From Macrostomum lignano (Eukaryota): a DNA stretch of 64,000 bases. A program made the position numbers and the translations under genes. This document shows, in pieces, positions 21,535 through 35,564 of this stretch (the stretch's first letter is position 1; each line of letters opens with the position of its first letter). The stretch is from contig NIVC01000741.1 in the NCBI GenBank assembly GCA_002269645.1, positions 186,001-250,000 of the forward strand. Direction: 5' to 3'. The notes beneath the pieces were generated by a model, which saw only the letters and a program-made list of their open reading frames with translations, did no database searches and was not told the DNA's origin.

Positions 21535-22528
21535 CTAGTCATGGACTCAAGCAGTTTAGCAATGTCTACTGAGGGAGGCTTGGAGATAGACTATAACTAG
21601 TCATGGACTCAAGCAGTTTAGCAATGTCTACTGAGGGAGGCTTGGCGATAGACTATAACTAGTCATGGACTCAAGCAGTTTAGCAATGTCTACTGAGGGA
21701 GGCTTGGCGATAGACTATAACTAGTCATGGACTCAAGCAGTTTAGCAATGTCTACTGAGGGAGGCTTGGCGATAGACTATAACTAGTCATGGACTCAAGC
21801 AGTTTAGCAATGTCTACTGAGGGAGGCTTGGCGATAGACTATAACTAGTCATGGACTCAAGCAGTTTAGCAATGTCTACTGAGGGAGGCTTGGCGATAGA
21901 CTATAACTAGTCATGGACTCAAGCAGTTTAGCAATGTCTACTGAGGGAGGCTTGGCGATAGACTATAACTAGTCATGGACTCAAGCAGTTTAGCAATGTC
22001 TACTGAGGGAGGCTTGGCGATAGACTATAACTAGTCATGGACTCAAGCAGTTTAGCAATGTCTACTGAGGGAGGCTTGGCGATAGACTATAACTAGTCAT
22101 GGACTCAAGCAGTTTAGCAATGTCTACTGAGGGAGGCTTGGCGATAGACTATAACTAGTCATGGACTCAAGCAGTTTAGCAATGTCTACTGAGGGAGGTT
22201 TGGCGATAGACTATAACTAGTCATGGACTCAAGCAGTTTAGCAATGTCTACTGAGGGAGGCTTGGCGATAGACTATAACTAGTCATGGACTCAAGCAGTT
22301 TAGCAATGTCTACTGAGGGAGGCTTGGCGATAGACTATAACTAGTCATGGACTCAAGCAGTTTAGCAATGTCTACTGAGGGAGGCTTGGCGATAGACTAT
22401 AACTAGTCATGGACTCAAGCAGTTTAGCAATGTCTACTGAGGGAGGCTTGGCGATAGACTATAACTAGTCATGGACTCAAGCAGTTTAGCAATGTCTACT
22501 GAGGGAGGCTTGGCGATAGACTATAACT
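21535..22528. repeat. Near-perfect 62-bp tandem array, 16 copies, in Clock intron 1
   Basis: Unit ctagtcatggactcaagcagtttagcaatgtctactgagggaggcttggcgatagactataa; only two substitutions noticed. Confidence 0.97.
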
Positions 22529-22621
22529 TAGAGTAGACATTCAATATGAGAAAGGCCGTTCAAAACGGGAATTTGCAAGGGAACAAACGCATTTCGAATC
22601 GCTGTTAACTTTCGACTCGAT

Positions 22622-23050
22622 GGCAAAGTGGAATCCCTTTGTCGCGGTGGTCGGAAAGAAAGGACTGTGCAAAGCCGATCAGGAAATGAGAGAATTCTTA
22701 GTTGAGAAACTCGATGAAAATCTTTTCCTGACGCTCAAGGAAATGTCTGAACTGCTGACCGCCAACTGGTAACGAACACTTTGTTCACTTTAAATATTTC
22801 AGTGGCCCTGAGATAAAAACGATACTACAGTCAACTGATTGAAGGTTTACTTTTATCTGTGTCAAGGAAGCCTCCGTGTTTGCTTCGCGTGTACAAGTTT
22901 AAGCTAAAAAATCTATGGAAATTCTTTTGAGTGTCGCTTCATGGGGAGCTAAGCGAATATAGAGGCTTCCTTGATCTGTGCAAAGTCGCTATCAGTCAAG
23001 GCTTTATAGCCATACATAGCAATTTGAAACGACCAATTCTAAGCTCGCTT
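22622..23050 (+). pseudogene. Tc1/IS630-like transposase remnant
   Basis: GKVESLCRGGRK then (frameshifted) DQEMREFLVEKLDENLFLTLKEM resembles the HTH region of the remnants at 30 kb and 37.5 kb. Confidence 0.35.
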
Positions 23051-23318
23051 GCCTCTCAGTCAGAATTCGGGTGTCGTCTATGGCCCAACCTTTTTATTAT
23101 AGTGTTTGTTACAGGCAAAAAACAATTGCCTGGTGATTTTAGTTTTTTATCTGAATATGAATACGACCTCTTTGCAACGCACCAAATTGGACGCAGTAAA
23201 AACCAATTAGGAAGAAAGAAGGCATAGTAAATCTCTGTCAAGCATTCCACAAATTAGACAAACGCAAAATCCAAGCAGACTAACTAAACCTCCGTATCTA
23301 CAAAGCAGCGCCACCCAC

Positions 23319-23607
23319 CGTCCGCATGCAGTCGCAGGAACTGCAGCGCGTCCTTGAGAATCTTGGCCTTGTCGTTGCGCTTATTCCTGCTGCCAATGAG
23401 GACGGCCAGCTCATTCACCAGGCCGTTGAACAGGTCCCTTCGTTTTTTCTCGTTTAGATTTCGACTGCGCCGCTTTGAGTCGCCGCCACCGCCGCTGAGC
23501 ATCGCGTCGCTAAGGTCGCTCTCGCCAGCCAGGGAGGCGGAGGCGGCAGAGCCGGATGCGCTGACTGAGTGGCCGCTGCCGCCAAGGCGCAACGCGTAGT
23601 CAGACAT
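23319..23607 (-). CDS. Clock: Clock-like, exon 1 (bHLH); spliced product 517 aa
   Basis: KRRSRNLNEKKRRDLFNGLVNELAVLI...NDKAKILKDALQFLRLH matches the CLOCK bHLH; donor G|gtgggt, phase 1. Confidence 0.88.
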
Positions 23608-24167
23608 GCCAGCTGCGAGTTGGAGCGGAATTCGCCAATAGATTCACAGTTTCAGCTACACGCCACTTGCTACTTAGAGTAGGTACTTTAACTGATGCAC
23701 TATCATCAATAATATAGCAAAGGGTTTTCTGATTTGCTATTCTGCAAGTACTTAGTTAGGCACTTGAGTTGTGACATTTTTAGATAGTAATATAACAATC
23801 AAATGTATACATGCATTTAATTTTTAGTATATTGGATGGATATTGTATGCTATTTTCACTATGATTAGAGTATAATAGTTTTTTTTATTAGAGGCAGGGG
23901 GGTTGTGTGCACACTGGCGCACTTTAAGCGACATAGGCACACAACTGGCAAGAGGCATTACTGTCCATTCCGCCAACTCCCCCTGAGCAGGCATACAAGT
24001 GCGCAGATACGTATGCAGGCACACACTCACACAGGAGTGTACAGCAGCCCTAACTTTATATTATAGTTAGGCATGTACACTTCATTGCGTCTTGGGGGGT
24101 TGGCTCTCAAGGCTGTTAATTGCATGAGCAGAGCCAAGCCAAGATTCCAATTCAGCCCCAAATTAAT

Positions 24168-24240
24168 GTGACTGCACTTGGAATCGAGCCTGGGTTGCTG
24201 GCAAACCAGAGCAGCTGCACTACTGCTGGGCTATGGCCCC
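24168..24240 (-). mobile_element. Decayed tRNA-derived SINE head
   Basis: A-box-like TAGCCCAGCAG and B-box-like GGCTCGATTCC on the minus strand. Confidence 0.35.
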
Positions 24241-24535
24241 TTTGAATATAATAGTTACTAAGGATTACAAACCCTTTAACATTAAATTATAGTCAGATTA
24301 GTATTGACAATACTTGCTTTCTATATTTATTAAAAATAAAAAACGTGAAAATGTTGAAAAAGAGCATAGAAATTTACCAAAAACAGGATTTTAAAAAAAT
24401 GTATCGATAGTGGCACTAATTGAACTTTAAAGTGCAGATAGCAAACAATGCATTAACCAAGAGTGCTTAGCCAAATTACCCAGCTTCAAATTTGGGCTAT
24501 GATTTGAAATGCTATGTGTGATCACCCTCATACAT

Positions 24536-24665
24536 GCACAACCTTGGAAATCACCCAGCCATTTCTATTGGCAACATACACATGTAAGTTGCTATTGGCT
24601 GAGAGCAGTCATGTCAATTTCTATTTTTTCCAATAGAAATGGCTGGGTGAATCCCTAGGTTGTGC
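24536..24665. mobile_element. Hairpin MITE-like element
   Basis: 36-bp inverted arms 24536-24571 and 24630-24665 with 3 mismatches; gtgatcaccct occurs on both flanks. Confidence 0.65.
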
Positions 24666-26494
24666 TCAAGCGTGATCACCCTTGTACATATATATTAATA
24701 TGAATAAAATTGGTCTATTCACTGTAACTTTTATAATGATCTAATTTGCTAGTGATCTAGGCCTAAAAAAGTAAAAAAAAAAATTTTTAATACTTACTTA
24801 AAGTACTTCACCTGAGTCAAAGTGAGCTTGTCAAAAGTCAAAAGTTTTAGGTTTTCTTATGCTTCTGTCTCCTTCTCTTTGACAATGTCATCAATTGTCT
24901 ATGCTTCTAATCACTTAATGAAGCAAAAGCTAAAGATTAGTTTTTTATCTTTAACCTTCAAAGCAGATGTTTATTTCTAATTTACTGATATTTTCAGTTT
25001 TCAAAAAGATAATAAACACTTGATCGTTTTAGGCATTTCACAAAAATGAAAAAGGGCTACTTATCTTTACTAATATAATTTGATCTTGATATCTTTAGAT
25101 GGTCTTTTTATTAGATTAGAATATTAGAGTCTAGGCTTGATTCATGTATGATAATCAACAAAGCTTTGATTCTATACTAATATAGGCCCCTTATATATAT
25201 TTATATACCTAATAGGCCTTTACCCTATTCTTAGGCCTATAATTCCTCAAAATAAATAAGGCTTGATATACATCATTAAACAACAAATAAATAGGCCTAC
25301 ATATAGAATTGCTCAGCCCTAGCTAGGCTAGAACTTTTGGACTGCTGCCAATTCATAAGCTGAACTAATTAAAACTTGAAACGTATAATTGTTTTTATTT
25401 TTTCAGCAGGTTTTTAGTCTATTTCACTTTACTTCTTTTTTCAACAATAGGCTACATAAAGCAATAGAAATTAACTAGGCTAGGCCTATACTGAGTCGCC
25501 TTTCTGATTGTCACATTTTTGATCTGTCACTCTCCCCTTGCCCTTTACATATAGGCTACCCTTCCTTGGCTTTATATCATATGGCTGTAAGATAAAAGAT
25601 AGGCCCTTTTGCTATTATGCCTAGTATTAGGCCTTAGTTTAGCACAAATTAGGCCTATCACACAACCTAATTGCAAAATTTTGTATTTTCTCATTTTACC
25701 CAATAAATAGTAACACCCCTATCTATAGTGGAGATGCAGACTTAGGCCTTTCTAATCTAGTAAAAAAAGCATTGTGTATTTCATCGTTATTGTAGAAATG
25801 TTTAGAATAATCATTCTAAAGACAAAGTATCACATAATGTTTTTCAAAGCCTAAAAATATCAGGGCTAAAAATGTTAGGCCTATATAGTATATTTGACAT
25901 GCATAGTAAAAAGGGTCATTAAAATTTTGCCATGCTTGGCGTGCATTACAACAGTTGAGTAAATGTTGGCGTGCTTGTCGTGAATTAGTAGCTTTGCTCA
26001 TCTTCGATTCCGGCATCTGCCTAGAGCTGCCTCTAGCCTCTGCCACCATCCTGAGCATGGGGCCTTTGGTATTTAGGAAAATTTAGGCTAGCTATGTAGC
26101 TATACCTTATCTTTTCTTCTCAAAAAGTCTTTTGTCTGCCCGCAGACAAAAGGGCGGCAGACGAAATGTACGCGCATCGATGGAAAAACCGTTAAAAATA
26201 AAAAGTAGGCCTAATCGTGATTGAATTTAAAGTAACTTAAAAAATAAACTAAACTTCCCGCGTTTTGAGTAAGATGCTAATTATAAGTAGTTATGATTAA
26301 TAATAAAAAGTCTACATTTTTATTAGGTTAATGCAGTGTAGTTTTTTAAAAATAATAAATTATCATATTAATCATGCCTTCGCGTCACCGCGTCACTGAC
26401 TTGACTGTCAAGCCACACTTAAAGTCGTCCTTGACTTTTAGATAATGCTACTACAGTTAATGTAACTAGTAATAAGCTGAACCATTAAACGAAG

Positions 26495-26528
26495 ATGGCA
26501 CCTAAGGCTAAGGCCGATAGCACGACAG
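26495..26528 (+). CDS. Candidate first coding micro-exon MAPKAKADSTT, RPL23A-like
   Basis: aagATGG start context, G|gtaagc donor; resembles the RPL23A N-terminus MAPKAK. Only 11 codons. Confidence 0.35.
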
Positions 26529-27532
26529 GTAAGCTATCATTTATTTTGAGTACACTAGTCATAGACTAAACATTCTAGTCCTAGAGGTAGAGCAGAGCAT
26601 CCTAGACTAGATAAATTAAAGTAGCCGTAGGCCTAACTAAATGTTAATGAAACTATTTTATAAAGCGCCAGTTAAAGATCGACACAAATAGTCGGCCATA
26701 AAGATTTGTATGACTTCGAGTACAGCAACCAAACTTGTCGAATATTCGTTGCAACGGAAGGTTTTTACTTCATTATAATACACCATACACGTTGTGACGT
26801 CGACAATGTTACGGTAGGGCCTATATTCGGCGTGCATTACGGTATATTTGGCATACATATGGTTACATTTGGCGTACATAGGTAGCCCTGCCCAAATTTC
26901 ATTCCGGCGTACATATGCCACCTTCCTGACTATGCCCTATGGTAGTCACCTATAGTCCAGAGGGTGTCCTGTATGCCAGAATTTTCTGGCATATATTAGC
27001 CCTTTAAAGTTGATTGCCATAGTTCAGAAGGCAACATATAGGCCTGCACCAGGATTTCCCAGCATACAACAAGGGTCTTATCATTTTTAGTGTACACCAG
27101 GGTATATCCGGATATAGGCCAGCGGATAGGCCTACATTGTGTCAAATGACAATTTTTTTAGTGGCAGACAAACCCAATATACAAACAAGGTCTTGGCATA
27201 TTTGGCATTAAACTAGGCATATTATTACCATAGTCTGGATCATGGCAGGCATATACCTGAATGAACATTTATGTTTTTTCAATTTAATACCAACTTAAAA
27301 ACATTTTATGCTAAGACTAAAATTGTTTGTATTGTATGCCATTTTTTAACAAATATATATTTTTAGGAATTTTAAATTTTTACTAAACTTTGAAACAGCT
27401 GTTTTTTGCTAAAAACTGAAATTCTTTATTTTAATTTTGATTTTCTCATGATTGTGTTAATATTTTCTAGTTTAGTTTCCAATTATTTTTAAAGAGCTTT
27501 TGATATTGGTTGATATTTAACTATATAATTAC

Positions 27533-28194
27533 GGGTACCAGTCGTTTCGGTGACAAGACGTTTCGGTGACAGACGTTTCGGTGACAAATAGTCGTTTCGG
27601 TGACAAGTTGCAAATGTGATAGACACACTTCATTTTCAATGAAAAATCAAAGATTTATCATGAGTAGGCCTATTGTTATTTTAGTGATAAGAGTTGTTTC
27701 ATAATATTCGGTTGTAGTTATTTTGTTAAGATTTATGTTTCGTAATATATTTAAAAAGTTTCGTCGAAAGAATATATTTAAGAAAAGAAAGCAAACTAAT
27801 TATATTGTTTTCTTCCTGTGCAGATCGTTTTGAATTGTCCCAGAGTGTTCAGACACATAAACCATAAACCTAGAGAGAATCCTCATGAAATGCAGACCAC
27901 GAGAAAGGCGGAGATATTCACTCGTCGACGCTTTTGTATGTTTAAATTGGAAAACATAATTCAAAAGACCGCAACTCTATAATTGTAAATAAACAAAATT
28001 AAATATAGAAATACTTAACTGTTTAAAAAATATAAAATTTTAGGCTCAATATCCCTTAAGATTTTCTAAGTAATTTTTTGTTTAAAAACAGAATGGCTAT
28101 AACTAAAATTGTATTTTTCTTGTCACCGAAATGACTTGCTTGTCACTGAAAGGACTGTCACCGAAATGTCTTGTCACCGAAACAACTGTAATCC
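27533..28194. mobile_element. 662-bp MITE with TIRs built of gtttcggtgaca subrepeats and an 8-bp TSD
   Basis: ATAATTAC at 27525-27532 and 28195-28202; termini gggtaccagtcgtttcggtgacaagac and gtcttgtcaccgaaacaactgtaatcc. Confidence 0.88.
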
Positions 28195-29899
28195 ATAATT
28201 ACATTAGGCCTAGCCTTGAACTTGGCTTTTTTGTATGCTGACTATATATACTTCATGTTGAACCTGGAAATTCTAGATACCAAGTGTATGCCAAGATTGT
28301 TAGTAAGACCAAAAATACTCCAGAAAATTCTGGCATAAAGGCCACTTTCCAGACTATGGCATTGATATACAATCTAAACTATGGGTTTATTATTATGCAT
28401 ATTTGGCATGACATGCTTGAAGAATAAAGTTAAATCTTAACAAGTTGTATTTGGTATACAAAAAGTGGTAGGGGCCTATATAAAGCTATTTGAAAATAGG
28501 TGCAAGTGTCTTCTATACCTTTTTACATTCAATTTGATCAAATTCCAGTTTTAAAAAAACTAGCAGAAAGTTGATTCAGACATTTCAGACTGGGGCAACA
28601 CTTATAGAAAATCAATAAAAACAAACCTTAGTTTAAAACAGACAGCCATTTCAAATTGAAATTCAATTCAAACATTGTCTTTTTGTCTAATGGTTAAATC
28701 TTGCTTTAGTGACAGAATGAAGGGCATCAATACAACCAGATATCAATTAAAAGAAACACAGACTAATAACAGTAGAGTATATTTTAAACTTAAACATGCA
28801 ATATATATAATTGCAATTCACATTGAATGCATAGCAAAGCAAAGTTATCTTTGTAAAAAAAACCTGAAGAAATAATTGGCAAATGCTGCCTGGATAAAAA
28901 TAGCATGCTATTACAAAGTGAAAGAATGCAAAAAATAATTTTAAGCCAGTTTGTTTGAATTGGATATAATAAAGTTACCCATCAATGTGTTGGCAAGTGA
29001 GGTACTAAGGAATATATGTGAACATATGATTTTACTAGGCAGTGCACTTTTTGATGGTGATGCAGTCAAATGTTTGATTAATTTTGCCTACAAAGGTATC
29101 TTGCCTATGGGCAATTAGCGTCTGACCTCTGAGTTGTTCAATAGTTGGCACAATGAATAGTTGCTGCAATGGCTACAACTTGCACTTTAAGCATGATATG
29201 GCATTTTCTACAAGCATGAAAAAAGGGCTATATGGCAATAGGCACTTGATTTTGATATTGCCTAGCATCTTGTGTCCCAGGGCTCTTAATTATTCTTTTA
29301 CTAGCCGTACTAGCTGCCACCACAGTTGTTACAAGGCTATTTCTCCTTAATAATTCTACTGGTTATTAATTGTCTTTCTATTGGTAGCGCATGTACTTCT
29401 ATTGTACTTTCGGGCCTGAGCGGTCTATTGGCACTGTCTATTCTATTCCTATACTTCCCCTAAGAATATTATTCTCTCAGTCCTGGGCATTCCCTGGATC
29501 AGAGGGTCACAGCTTATGCTCTTTCTCTGCCCTGAGGCGATCTTTCCCTCGCTCTGAGGCGGTTCTCCTGCCCTGAGGCGAATTTACTGTTACTGCCCTG
29601 AGGCGATCTCTCGCTTTGTAGCAGATTTCAATACTCCTCCCGATTTGGGGTTTTTACTCTAAGAAATGAAGAAGTCTTTAAGTCTTACAAATAGGATTTA
29701 GTAGAACTCGCAATTTTGCAGTAAAAGACAGGTTGCTCCCGGGTTGCTCCCAGGTCCATTCTGGACTCCTATTTATACTATTTAAAACAAAAATTATTTC
29801 GTGAAATATTCTTTGAATTCACAACAGTAAAACAAAAATAATAATGATTTCTTTTTGCGCAGATTTGAACTATGATATTTCCTAGAAATGCTTCGTAAC

Positions 29900-30600
29900 G
29901 TATTTAATACTTATATTGGAAAGGTCTTTTTTCTTTAAAACGAATACACTACATCACTTGTAATCTTCATTTCAGCATTGTTATAAGATGAAACATTATT
30001 GATGACAAATTTTCAATTTAGTCCAGGGAATGTTGCTTGAAAGTTACCAATGGTGATATGCAAGAATTCTCCAAACCTTTCTTTGGTCATTCCCCATTGT
30101 AAGTCTGGAAACTCTGATTGCAGGGCTAATAGCTAAGCAAATGGTGATGCATAATCTTTTCTGCAAACCAATGTGTCTGTAGACACTCTCTGTACCATGC
30201 TCTTCCTTGTGCTTGTTGCAGCCAAGATCTTATGAGTTGCAACAACTTCTACTGAACAAAGCCAATCACAGAACTCCACGCGCGTGTCAACCACCTGTGG
30301 TTGATTTTGTCCAGCTGGAAGCTCCTAGGCTAACTTGGTAGTGAATGAAGCTCCATTTAACTTCTTGCTAATAGTTTTATCTGTTACTTGTGGTTTGATT
30401 GGAAAGTTTTGACAAAGATTAGTATTTAACTACTTTACTATAATTAGGAGATTCACTTCCACTTGAACTTTGATAAATGTTTTCATTTCTTGATTCAACT
30501 TTTTTTGTTTTGCACCTCTTTTTGGTTGCTTCTCTAGCCTTCCAGATTGTATAATTGTAAATGCCATGGTTCTTTTTATGCCAAGTCTGCAAAGCCACTC
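29900..30600 (-). pseudogene. Tc1/IS630-like transposase remnant, heavily decayed
   Basis: SGRLEKQPKRGAKQKKLNQEMK, TRVEFCDW, FVINNVSSY (degenerate xxDNxxxH); homologous to 37330-38100. Confidence 0.55.
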
Positions 30601-31940
30601 ATAGTATATATCCTAAATTTTGGGGGTATGTATTTGTAACTATTCAATTTTTGTTCAGGCATACACCCAGCATGATCTGGACTATATGAAAAAGGTAGCA
30701 GTTAAGAGGTGGTGGGAGTGTGAATAAAAAACCAATATATTAAATGAAAATAATTGAATTTTGTGTGATTGCAATTTGTAAAGAAGTAATAGACAGCATT
30801 TATTTTATAATATACATGTAAATGTCAAATTTAATAATAGAAAAGGTCTTGATTGTTAGAATATAAAAAGGTATTTTATTAATATTGTTGTAACACAAAA
30901 GTAAGATTGTATGATTTTGAAATTTTAGCATGATATGACAAAGTTGTATTTCCAATTTTTGCATACTTGGTGTATACCAAAATTTTGCCCAAAAAACTGG
31001 CATACACCAGACACCTTGACTAAGGCTAGTCACTTAGGTCATGTCTCATTAATTTATTAACTATTTTAGTCTCAAAATAGTTCATCCTAAGATCATTTTT
31101 GCTATAAAATGCAAGCAATTAAAAAGTCTTTATTCAAGTTTTAGTAATTTTGTAATTGGAATTTTTTTATATTATGAGGTTTTGTAAAATACCTTTTGTT
31201 GACCATAAATGTCAATTAGATAAGCCAGATAGGCTAATAGTTATATTATATATAGTCCTATATAAATCCAATCATACTCTTATAGCTAAGCTAGCATGGC
31301 TCATAGCTGAAATTGCTAAAAATCTTTTAGCTTAGATGAAGGTGTTAAGATGCCTAGATTCATATACAATTGTTAATATGACAAGAATTGTATAAAGGGA
31401 TTTCTGGGTCTGGGATGTTAAAGCTTATAAAAAGGCTGTTTAAATGATATTGCTTAAAAAGTTTGAGCCAAAGCTTATACAGGATTATATAGAATGTATG
31501 TAAAAAGACTACTAATCCTGCTGGGATGCAACTCCAACATTTTGCAAGCTGTTGGTTCAATTTTGGACCAAAATTAACATGAAATTTATTTTTGGTCCAA
31601 CTTTAAACCATTTAGGACATGATTTTTGTTGTCCAGAAAGTTGTCTGGCTGTCTGAGATTTTTTGTACCAATTTGCATGACTGAAACCCGATTTTTACCC
31701 TTACTATATCAGACGAAAGTCGGCTTGCTGTCTGAGATTTTTGTACAAATTTTTGCACAACTGAAACCCGATTTTTCAAACATTTATCAGACTTAAAAGA
31801 TTTATTAAACATAGGTGTAATTGTAGGAATATTAAAACTTATGGTATTAGATTATATTAGAGGATTACATATATTTAGACTACAGATTAGAGACAAAAGA
31901 TAGAATTGGATATATAGGACCAATGAATTCAGAATGGTAA

Positions 31941-34900
31941 CCCTATGAAAAATTGGCCCGAATTTTCACCCTACTCTTCACCCAAAATCGTCAGCACTTT
32001 GCGGGTGTAAAAATTGCCGGGCTACTGGCCCGGAATCATTACGAAAAGTTCGTTTTTCGGGCGATGCACCCGTGCATGCACTTGCATTTATACCCGAATA
32101 TTTACGGGCGATTCACCTATAATTATTTTGCGCCGAAAAATCCAGGCCAGTTAACCAATATTTTGCTTGTAAATCCAGCCCGAAAAGCTGGTCATATTTC
32201 TTGCTTTTGGTCTTAGTGATAGTGCACAATATTAGAGTACATTTTTAGAAGGCATAACTTTACGGTGACTGCCACTTTTCATACTGCAATAAAACTTGTA
32301 TCTAGTTGAATAGGAAGATTTTGCATGTACGAGCTAAATGACCTCCTCCAAGAGAGCTACATGTATCGAGAAGAAAAATAAGGCAATTCTGGAGGGATTC
32401 AATAAGAAATCTAGATCTAGATAGAAATGTTTAAGCTTGGCCACATAATAAGAAAAAGTGTGCGTGATAGTTTATTTAAATATTTAATGTATGCATTCAA
32501 TACATTCAGTAAGCAAAAGCATTAAAGCATAAAAGTAATAGAAGCAAAGGAGGGTTAAGAAAAGAATTGAAACAGAAACAAACAAAGTTGTAAAGAAGAT
32601 AACATGAAGGGGCTTGACGTAGAGAAATTCTGAAGAAAACCATAAAAAGGAGAAATAACTAACTGTATTTATAGGGCATTTGCAGCTAAGAAATAACCAA
32701 ATATACTAGTACATTTGCGACTGAAAAGAGGTAGATCTAAGGCACAGAGTGCAAGGAGAGGGGTGCACACAGAATGCACATGTGAAATAGCTAAGATAGG
32801 GAAAGTATTAGCTCGACCACGGAGAAAGGAGAGAAACGATGTGAGGGGGAAATAGCAACATATAGGAAGAACCGAGATCAGTAATGGGGTCTGGTGCAAA
32901 TTAAGGTGACTTCGAGATCCCTTCCTCCCAGTCGCAGCCACATTACGAAGCAATGAAAAAAACAAATCAGTGTAGAACAAAAGCAAATGCAATAAAAATT
33001 CATAAGTTCAAAGTTTAAGTATAGATTTATAATTCAGCGAGTGACAGGATGCGATACTGCGCTTGATTGAACATGTCAGCAGTGTCACTGGTCGTGAGCC
33101 TGGTACTGGGTGGCATAACAGCAGATTCTGGAAGCTGAGATGCTGCAGCACCAGTTAGGCTGGCTTGCTGGCCAGCTACTCAAAGCAGCGCACCTGGAGT
33201 AGAAGGGGGCGCAGTTGCAGAAAAGCATCAATAACATTTTAAACAACACTACAATACAAAAAATGAAAACATCACCTGGTTTGGTCTTCGTCGCCTTTCT
33301 AGCGACGCTGGTCTTTCTTGGTAGTTGGCCCTCTCGGCATCAGGAGTAGGCACACTGCAGTTCGGATTTTGTGATTTTACATGACTTTAAAATAGACTGT
33401 TTGGGCTGGAGAATGTTGCCCAACACTAGTCCTGTAGCGCACGGCATAGTCTCAGCAATGACGCTTAGCAGTCCAATGTCATCAGACATTAATGGCCAGA
33501 GGAAAACTTGGCTGAGGGGCATGTATACATAGCATAAATGACTTAGGAGCATGGTATGATGATGCTAAAATTGTGTTTATTGAGCAATAAAATCTAAACC
33601 TAAATTAAAAGGCAACAAAATTGATTATTAATAATTTTTCTTTAATTATAATGGTATAAGTACAGTGCTTGGAATGTTAAATCTGATGGTAAATGTTTAT
33701 TCTACAAAACATTCAGATTATTAGATCTAAAACATTCATATAAGAGCAAAAAGAAGGCTTATTTATAAGATATAAAGGGCCTTTATCTCTGGGAATAAGT
33801 TAAATTGCAAAACTTTTTCAAGTTATTAGCTTCCTTGAAAAATGCTCAGTTCTAGGCTTTAGGTTCCCTTAGAATATAATAAGTTATCAAAATTATATTA
33901 AATAAAATACAAAAAGCATACAGATTAAAAAATAATGTGAATACATAGCTTTCTAAAAAGTACTATATAGACTATTCAAACTTGAAAAAGCAAAAATTAT
34001 ATTAATGCTACTCAGAGTTTTACGAGCTATATTTGGACTTTATAAATGACTTTTTAAATTGATTTGTTACTTATGTTCTAAAACTTTTTACCATTCAGCA
34101 AGCTCTCTGTGCTCATATATAATACTATCTTTATTATAGGTGAAATATTATTCAGGATAAGTTTTCTAAATTATTTTCTTTTTTTACTAACTTTGAGAAA
34201 TAAATAAATAGGCTAATTACTGGACTTAATTAAATTATAATTTACTATGTGACTGCCAATTCCTGAACCAGGGCAGGGGCAGGGGGTCAGTCCTTGCTAT
34301 TGACTCATTTAGTGAAATACTTCACATTGACTATTTTTGAAATTAAATAAACTTTGTCTGTTAGATTATGATAAATTAATACAAAAGTAACAAAACACGC
34401 TTCACTAGCTAGCACATAAAATATCGAAGTTCTGAAAACATGGCGTCTGAAATTTAAATATTTTTCGAGTAACAAAAAACAAACAAAATAGTTTCCTAGC
34501 TTTTTTTCACATTGGTCAGCGCAATAAAAGAGTGAAAAGCACAGCAAATACTTAATAAAAATAGATTTTAGCCTATGAATAGCTTATTCAGAAACAGGTA
34601 TTTATAGTAAGCGATTGTAAATGATTTCAACACATTATTTCCCACCATTTGTGATTGATATATAAACTCCTATAATAGTACTTTTTAAAATAATAAACAT
34701 ACATGTACGGTTGAATCTTGGAACCTGGGCACCTAGCTTCCTACTTAGTTAGCTATATTGATTTAAACCCATTTTTAATCTGCATCGTCACATCAAAGTC
34801 CCTCAGGACACGCTTTTAGAAAAAAATGGGCTAGAGACCCGCACGTCTGGGTTTCTGTTTTCCCTGCTTTCCGGGCAAAAGTCCCGCTTTTTCGCCCAAT

Positions 34901-35032
34901 TTAGTTTCAACCATTTTGTCGGCATGCTTTCCGGGTGAATCGACCACTTTTTAGTTTTCACCTGCAAATTTAAAGTTCCAGGCCCAATTTCATATGTTTT
35001 TGGGCGAAAATTTGGGCCAATTTTTCATAGGG
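31941..35032. mobile_element. 3.1-kb element bounded by about 30-bp TIRs (ccctatgaaaaattggccc...)
   Basis: 31941-31971 matches the reverse complement of 35002-35032; related GC-rich subterminal motifs; no TSD seen. Confidence 0.55.
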
Positions 35033-35189
35033 AAGGTGAGATCAAGGAGTATAGACTAGCGATAAGATTAGATACTAAGACCAGAGACATGATTTAACTC
35101 TCATGATTAGCACTTATGTGCCACATTAGCAGTTGCCAATTGTATTGTAATGTAGTTCATATAAATAAACATATAAAATAATATACTCT

Positions 35190-35395
35190 ACCATTTGCTA
35201 TTTAGTCCAAGGACTAGGGAAGGGGTTGACATGCTCAATTACCCCAGCTAAATGCTGGTACCCATTTTATAGCTAATTGAACTGAAGCAATATAGAGTTA
35301 AGTGTGTTGCTTTAGGACACAAATTGTTCCAAGTTGGTTGAGAATCGAACTTCCAACCTCACAACATCAGTTGTGAATCTGACACTCTAACAAAC
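35190..35395. mobile_element. Decayed SINE-like dispersed repeat
   Basis: gctggtacccatttt...agttaagtgtgttgctttaggacacaa followed by gaatcgaac resembles a common invertebrate tRNA-SINE read on the opposite strand. Confidence 0.35.
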
Positions 35396-35564
35396 CCTGT
35401 ATCCATTACAAATGGCATATAAATGAATATTTACCTGCATAGCATAGTATGGCATTCTCATATGCTGCACATTCTTTAGGGTATTGTCTACCAATCTGAC
35501 TACTTTCGAGTACTATAAATCAAGTTTTCTTAAATTCAGTTATAAACCTTTTCTATACCCGCAG

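Noticed and set aside
21535-22528. CRISPR-like array
   Set aside because: Pure tandem 62-bp repeat with no spacers.
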